A DNA stretch of 64,000 nt, from positions 1,440,001 through 1,504,000 of the forward strand of contig CAVXRD010000001.1 of assembly GCA_963764165.1 (NCBI GenBank), written 5' to 3'. Source of the DNA: an uncultured Verrucomicrobiae bacterium (GTDB lineage: Bacteria > Verrucomicrobiota > Verrucomicrobiia > Limisphaerales > Palsa-1400). This document shows positions 59,806 through 64,000 of this stretch, piece by piece (position 1 is the first letter of the stretch; the number at the start of each line of letters is the position of its first letter). Below the pieces are notes generated by a model that was not told the origin of the DNA, made no database searches, and was given only the letters and a program-made list of their open reading frames with translations. Position numbers and translations under genes: made by a program.

Positions 59806-60216
59806 TTAAATTGAAACCCCATCCCTGATAGACCCCCCAAATCCAAAAACCCGCGCTTAAAAGCACAAAGCGCGGTGACCGATGCTCGCGTGTATTGCAA
59901 CCAATGACGCCGATCCTTGGAGAGGGTCGCAAAGTTCATTTCACCATATTACAACGTGCGCGACGAAAGTCAGTCACAAATTCACGGCAAACGCCTTACC
60001 CGCACCGCACAACTCAACTTATGGCACACTCTGCCAGGGATGGAATTGGGATTGGGCTGCGACTTGAGGCGACGGGAAAATCTGGTCGCCGCAGAAGCGC
60101 CATAGGCGCTTCGGCTTCGGCGACAAGCCCGTGGGAAGATTTTGTCGCGCACGCCGCGTCCGCCCCCCTCGTAAATTTGGCATTGAAAAGGAAGCGGCGT
60201 GCGCGAAAATAGCCGG

Positions 60217-61485
60217 ATGACGTTGACCGAAACCGAAGCGCCACCCACACCGATGCGTCCGATCCGGGGCGAGGCCGTTTCGCAAAGGCTGATGTCCCTC
60301 GACGCCCTGCGCGGCTTCGACATGTTCTGGATCATTGGCGCGGATGCCCTGGTCGGCGCGCTGCATCGGATGATGACGGCCAGCGGGAAAAGCTCGGCGG
60401 TCCTCGGTTTCATCGCGGATCAACTCGAACATGTCGATTGGGCTGGTTTTCATTTCTACGATCTTATCTTTCCCCTGTTCGTTTTCATGGCGGGCATCTC
60501 CGTGGTGTTTTCTCTGAGCAAAACCATCAGGCAGGAAGGGCGGCCCGCGGCTGTCAAACGCATTTTTACGCGTTTCATCCTGCTGTATCTCGTCGCCCTT
60601 TTTTACTCGGGCGGGTTCTCCGAGCCGTGGCCGCACTTGCGGTTGATGGGTGTGCTGAATCGCATCGCGCTCTGCTATCTTTTCGCGGGGCTGATTTTCT
60701 GCTTTTGCGGTCTCCGCACCATGATCGCCATCGCGGCAAGTTTGCTGGTGGTTTATTGGGCTTTGATGACGTTCGTCCCGATCCGCAATATCCAACTGGC
60801 TCCCGAAGCTCTCGCGGCCAAGGCGCGCGAGCGCGGGGTCAAAGATGACGCAAAGGAGCTTTTCTACGGCACAACGGATCGAGTGACCGGCCATTACGAG
60901 CCCGGATTCAATCTGGCCAACCACATCGATTTCGAATATCTGCCCGGCCGCCTTTGGGACACCTACTACGATCCCGAGGGTATTCTCAGCACGATGCCCG
61001 CCATCGTGACGTGCCTGCTCGGCGTTTTTGCCGGATTGCTGATTTTGAACACGTCATTGAACGATCACCAGAAGGTTGTTTATTTGATAGGGGCCGGAAT
61101 GATTTTGGCAACCGCCGGATGGGTATGGGGGCTGCAATTTCCTGTCGTCAAGAAAATCTGGAGTTCGTCGTTCGTGCTGGTCGCAGGCGGTTACAGCGCG
61201 CTGCTGCTGGCCGTATTTTACTGGGTCATCGACATCGCGCAATGGCGCTGGTGGTGCCAGCCGTTTGTCTGGATGGGAATGAACTCTCTCACGATTTACC
61301 TGACGAAGAATATTCTTGGTGGTTTTGCAAAAATCAGCGGACGTTTTGTGGGCGGCGACATCCACGAATATTTTGAAGGCCACGCCACCGGCAGCGGCGA
61401 TTTGATGATTTCCATCGTGGGATTGCTGCTGGCGTTCTGGTTCGTCCACCTGCTCTACCGCAAGAAAGTTTTCCTGCGCCTGTAG
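60217..61485 (+). CDS. DUF5009 / heparan-alpha-glucosaminide N-acetyltransferase-like membrane protein
   Basis: RLMSLDALRGFDM, DLIFPLFVFMAG, GVLNRIALCY, DPEGILST, KKIWSSSF, GMNS. Confidence 0.88.
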   Translation: MTLTETEAPPTPMRPIRGEAVSQRLMSLDALRGFDMFWIIGADALVGALHRMMTASGKSSAVLGFIADQLEHVDWAGFHFYDLIFPLFVFMAGISVVFSLSKTIRQEGRPAAVKRIFTRFILLYLVALFYSGGFSEPWPHLRLMGVLNRIALCYLFAGLIFCFCGLRTMIAIAASLLVVYWALMTFVPIRNIQLAPEALAAKARERGVKDDAKELFYGTTDRVTGHYEPGFNLANHIDFEYLPGRLWDTYYDPEGILSTMPAIVTCLLGVFAGLLILNTSLNDHQKVVYLIGAGMILATAGWVWGLQFPVVKKIWSSSFVLVAGGYSALLLAVFYWVIDIAQWRWWCQPFVWMGMNSLTIYLTKNILGGFAKISGRFVGGDIHEYFEGHATGSGDLMISIVGLLLAFWFVHLLYRKKVFLRL

Positions 61486-61491
61486 CCGCTT

Positions 61492-61920
61492 TTGAATCTC
61501 ATCGCAAAGCTCAAATCGTGTTTCGCGGCCAAGCAGGAAGCCGTGTCCTTTAGGCACGGGAAGCTCGGAGAATCGGCGGCGAAAAAGCTGCTGCAAAAGC
61601 GGGGTTTAAAATTTCTCACCGCCAATTTTGGAACAGAGCGCGGCGAAATCGACCTGATCTTTCGTGACGGCGACTGCCTTGTGTTCGCCGAAGTGAAGGC
61701 CCGGAAGAAAGGCGGATGGACGCGCCCGTCGGCGGCGGTCAACGCCGGGAAGCGGATGCGGCTGACGCGCTGCGCATTCGACTATCTGCGGCTCCTGAAA
61801 AATCCACCCGTCAAAATCCGCTTCGATATCGTGGAAGTCCTGCTGGAAGACGGGGTGGTGCTTGAGGTGCGGCATTTGCCCAACACCTTCACTTTGTCCG
61901 CGCCGTTTCGCTACGGGTGA
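61492..61920 (+). CDS. yraN: YraN family (UPF0102) endonuclease-like protein
   Basis: GKLGE..A, GEIDLI, LVFAEVKAR, RFDIV. Confidence 0.9.
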   Translation: MNLIAKLKSCFAAKQEAVSFRHGKLGESAAKKLLQKRGLKFLTANFGTERGEIDLIFRDGDCLVFAEVKARKKGGWTRPSAAVNAGKRMRLTRCAFDYLRLLKNPPVKIRFDIVEVLLEDGVVLEVRHLPNTFTLSAPFRYG

Positions 61921-61923
61921 TCC

Positions 61924-62451
61924 TTAAATCATCAAATAATTCGCCGCCATCGCCGAATGCGGGCTGGACGAGCGGGCGGCTTCGATCCATTTCGTCCGCG
62001 TCGGCTCAAGCTGCTGCACGAGAATTCCCGAGAGCCGGCGGAAAAGTTCATAGCCGAAATCGTGGTTCCTGTTGCAAGCCTGCAAAAGGCGGCTGCCGTA
62101 AAAGAAAAGCGTTTCCGTGTGCTCCTCCGCTATGGCGTTGAAGTGCCAGCAGTATGGAGGAAACAGCCAGGACCAGCCCAAGACATCGCCGGGCCCGAGC
62201 CTCTGGACGCGCGCCGCGTCCTTTGCGTGCGGCGTTTCCAGCGCCACCCTCCCGTTGACGAGGAGATGCATGCAATTTGCAGGTTGATCCGCCTCGATCA
62301 GCAGATCGCCCGGCTCAAATGTGGCTCTCATCGAGCAGGCGGCAAAAATGCCGCGGTCGCGTTCGCTCATGCCTTCAAAAAGGGGATGCGCGGGCAATGT
62401 ATCGGCGAGGACGGCCGGTTGTGCGGAGGGCGTGCCAAGAGTTTCAGTCAT
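61924..62451 (-). CDS. Cyclic nucleotide-binding domain protein (no HTH)
   Basis: HPLFEGM, G..L......AN, GRVAL, LGPGDVLGWSWLFPPY.WHF.A.A. Confidence 0.85.
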   Translation of the reverse strand: MTETLGTPSAQPAVLADTLPAHPLFEGMSERDRGIFAACSMRATFEPGDLLIEADQPANCMHLLVNGRVALETPHAKDAARVQRLGPGDVLGWSWLFPPYCWHFNAIAEEHTETLFFYGSRLLQACNRNHDFGYELFRRLSGILVQQLEPTRTKWIEAARSSSPHSAMAANYLMI

Positions 62452-62739
62452 CTTTCTAATCCTTACGAAATGCGAATGTAGCGGGAATGATGCCAACTGC
62501 GCCGATGCGAGACGTCATCACCTCATGGCGTCGAACAGGCTGGCGGAGCCATTGAATGCGCATGAGTGCGAAAACGCCGCTTAATCCGCTACGCCGTTGA
62601 TTATCAATGAGATAAACCCACCATCAACCGGCGAAATCCTCCTACGGCAAAAATTGTCCAGTTTTTACCAAGGTTAGGAGAGTCAGACAGCCGATATGCC
62701 AATAGGTTGATGGTGCTTCGACAAACTGTGATCGAGGCG

Positions 62740-63033
62740 ATGAAAGACAAAGACAACATGAGCAGGTGGAAAAACATAATTTTGACTTTCACGCTGACAA
62801 TCTTCAGCGCCAGCCGGATGGCGTCGCCGACGCAATCCGGGCTGTGGATGGGAGTGACTTTGTTGGGTCTGTTCCTAGTGGCCCAACTTTTAGCAGGGAT
62901 TCCCGAAACTGCTGGGAGAGCAGTTCGGTGCAGCGGCACTGCCCCTGAACGAACCGATCCGGACCGCGGTGCCGTCAAAGTATTCTCTGAGGTGGCTACA
63001 CATCCAGTCCCCGCCATAGCTCGATCCCACTGA
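62740..63033 (+). CDS. Possible small membrane protein
   Basis: GAGG before the ATG, two hydrophobic stretches, and a GC hairpin at 63058-63083 downstream. Confidence 0.3.
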   Translation: MKDKDNMSRWKNIILTFTLTIFSASRMASPTQSGLWMGVTLLGLFLVAQLLAGIPETAGRAVRCSGTAPERTDPDRGAVKVFSEVATHPVPAIARSH

Positions 63034-63104
63034 GCTTAACTGGAAAAGACAACGACACAGGGCGCGCCCCACAGCGCGCCCTGCGATTGTACCGGGGAGC
63101 CTCC

Positions 63105-63208
63105 AAAATTAAACAGGGAGGAAAACCGAGAGAACAGAGAAAAAGACCCTTTTTGACCAATGATGACTTTTTCATCTCCGTTCCCTCGGTCTTGCTCTCG
63201 TGAAAATA
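63105..63208. repeat. Inverted repeat pair, copy 2 of the 40207-40326 family
   Basis: Both arms match the 40207-40326 arms in the opposite orientation. Confidence 0.75.
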
Positions 63209-63268
63209 GCTTTTCATCATGGGTGGTGAAGGCAGTCCATGAAAACTCCTGTTCAAACTTTCTTCTTA

Positions 63269-63469
63269 GAGCGTGTTTTGAAAATAGCTTGGGTCAGGGA
63301 TTGCGAGCGCGGCGGGGCGGATGGCGAGGCAGCCCGCAGAGCGGGCAGCTATTAATTTGTTCTGACTCGACGAAGGAGAATATCCCTCGTGGATCTTCGA
63401 CTGAGGAGCAACGAAGCCAGCCGCCCCGCCCCGCCGCAAAACCGCCCAAGCTATTTTCAAAACACGCTC
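63269..63469. mobile_element. MITE copy 2, 201 bp, TTA target duplication
   Basis: Perfect 25-bp TIR gagcgtgttttgaaaatagcttggg; TTA at 63266-63268 and 63470-63472. Confidence 0.9.
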
Positions 63470-64000
63470 TTAGCTCTTTTTGACTCTCCAGGCGCGGTCG
63501 AGAATGTCCTGATTATAAAATTCCGGCACGACTCCCTCGGCGGCGTAAACATACAACGCGCAGCGATAAACATGGCTGGCCACGCCCGAGACGTAGGCGA
63601 GCATCAGCACGGAAATTAGCCAAATACCGGCGCCCGCCAGTGGAATCCATATATTGCGGAAGACCACACCCAAGGCGACTGAAATAAGCAGTGGCACAAG
63701 GGAGAGGAGGAATAAAACCATATTGCCGGCCGAAAAACCCATGTAGCCAATCAATCCTTCACCCCACGCCTTTTTCAGCGTCATCGCGGATTGCTTGAGA
63801 ATGGTTATGGGGTTGAGCATGGGTTGCTCCTGGATGATCACCGGAATGACAAATACCGACGCCACGCTCCACGCCATGCCAATGAGTCCGGTCACGATTC
63901 GACCAACAAGTGGCAGCCGTTCTTGAATTTTGTGGATGAGCCACCCGACAAGACCGGCCAGCAACGACCACACAAGCACCGATTTCCACCGGCTTTGGGC
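63470..64000 (-). CDS. Membrane protein, DUF6159-like (5'-truncated by window edge)
   Basis: WSV...FVIPVII.E, LK.S...LKK.WGE, Y..ALY.YA..G.VP. Confidence 0.7.
   Translation of the reverse strand, partial: AQSRWKSVLVWSLLAGLVGWLIHKIQERLPLVGRIVTGLIGMAWSVASVFVIPVIIQEQPMLNPITILKQSAMTLKKAWGEGLIGYMGFSAGNMVLFLLSLVPLLISVALGVVFRNIWIPLAGAGIWLISVLMLAYVSGVASHVYRCALYVYAAEGVVPEFYNQDILDRAWRVKKS

Noticed and set aside
59960..60040. c-di-GMP-I riboswitch or sigma54 promoter
   Set aside because: GGCAAAC is not followed by the expected GAAA hairpin and second stem, and tggcacactctgc has the wrong GG-GC spacing.
63058..63083. Intrinsic terminator
   Set aside because: Strong 10-bp GC stem but no U-tract on either strand, so it is not called a terminator.

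Overview
GC-rich bacterial chromosome segment; the gene style suggests Verrucomicrobiota (Pedosphaera-like), which is an inference. In order, it carries: a 5'-truncated alpha-2-macroglobulin; a NusG-paralog-led nucleotide-sugar operon interrupted by an IS1182-family element inserted into a REP-like palindrome; housekeeping genes (metF, ispG, rseP, a P-II protein); several secreted multidomain proteins (GH30-like, a papain/DUF2961 fusion, BACON/NHL, a frameshifted CHRD/Ig gene); a metal-efflux-type RND operon; a VapBC toxin-antitoxin pair; a MoxR-DUF58-transglutaminase triad; rsmH; two GT2 genes and yraN. Intergenic DNA is dense with short repeat families (REP-like pairs, two TTA-flanked MITE copies, 9-bp-period hairpins). 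The most unusual signal is a pair of homologous ~100-bp intergenic elements. Each has an IHF-like palindromic core flanked by six hexamers, and the hexamer differs concertedly between the two copies (GCAACA vs GTAACA). Other notable points: the probable rhamnose epimerase/reductase looks eukaryote/giant-virus-like, several promoters appear leaderless, and a C-terminal domain recurs on secreted proteins. No CRISPR array, tRNA or rRNA was recognised. All product calls come from motif recognition by eye, not from database searches.
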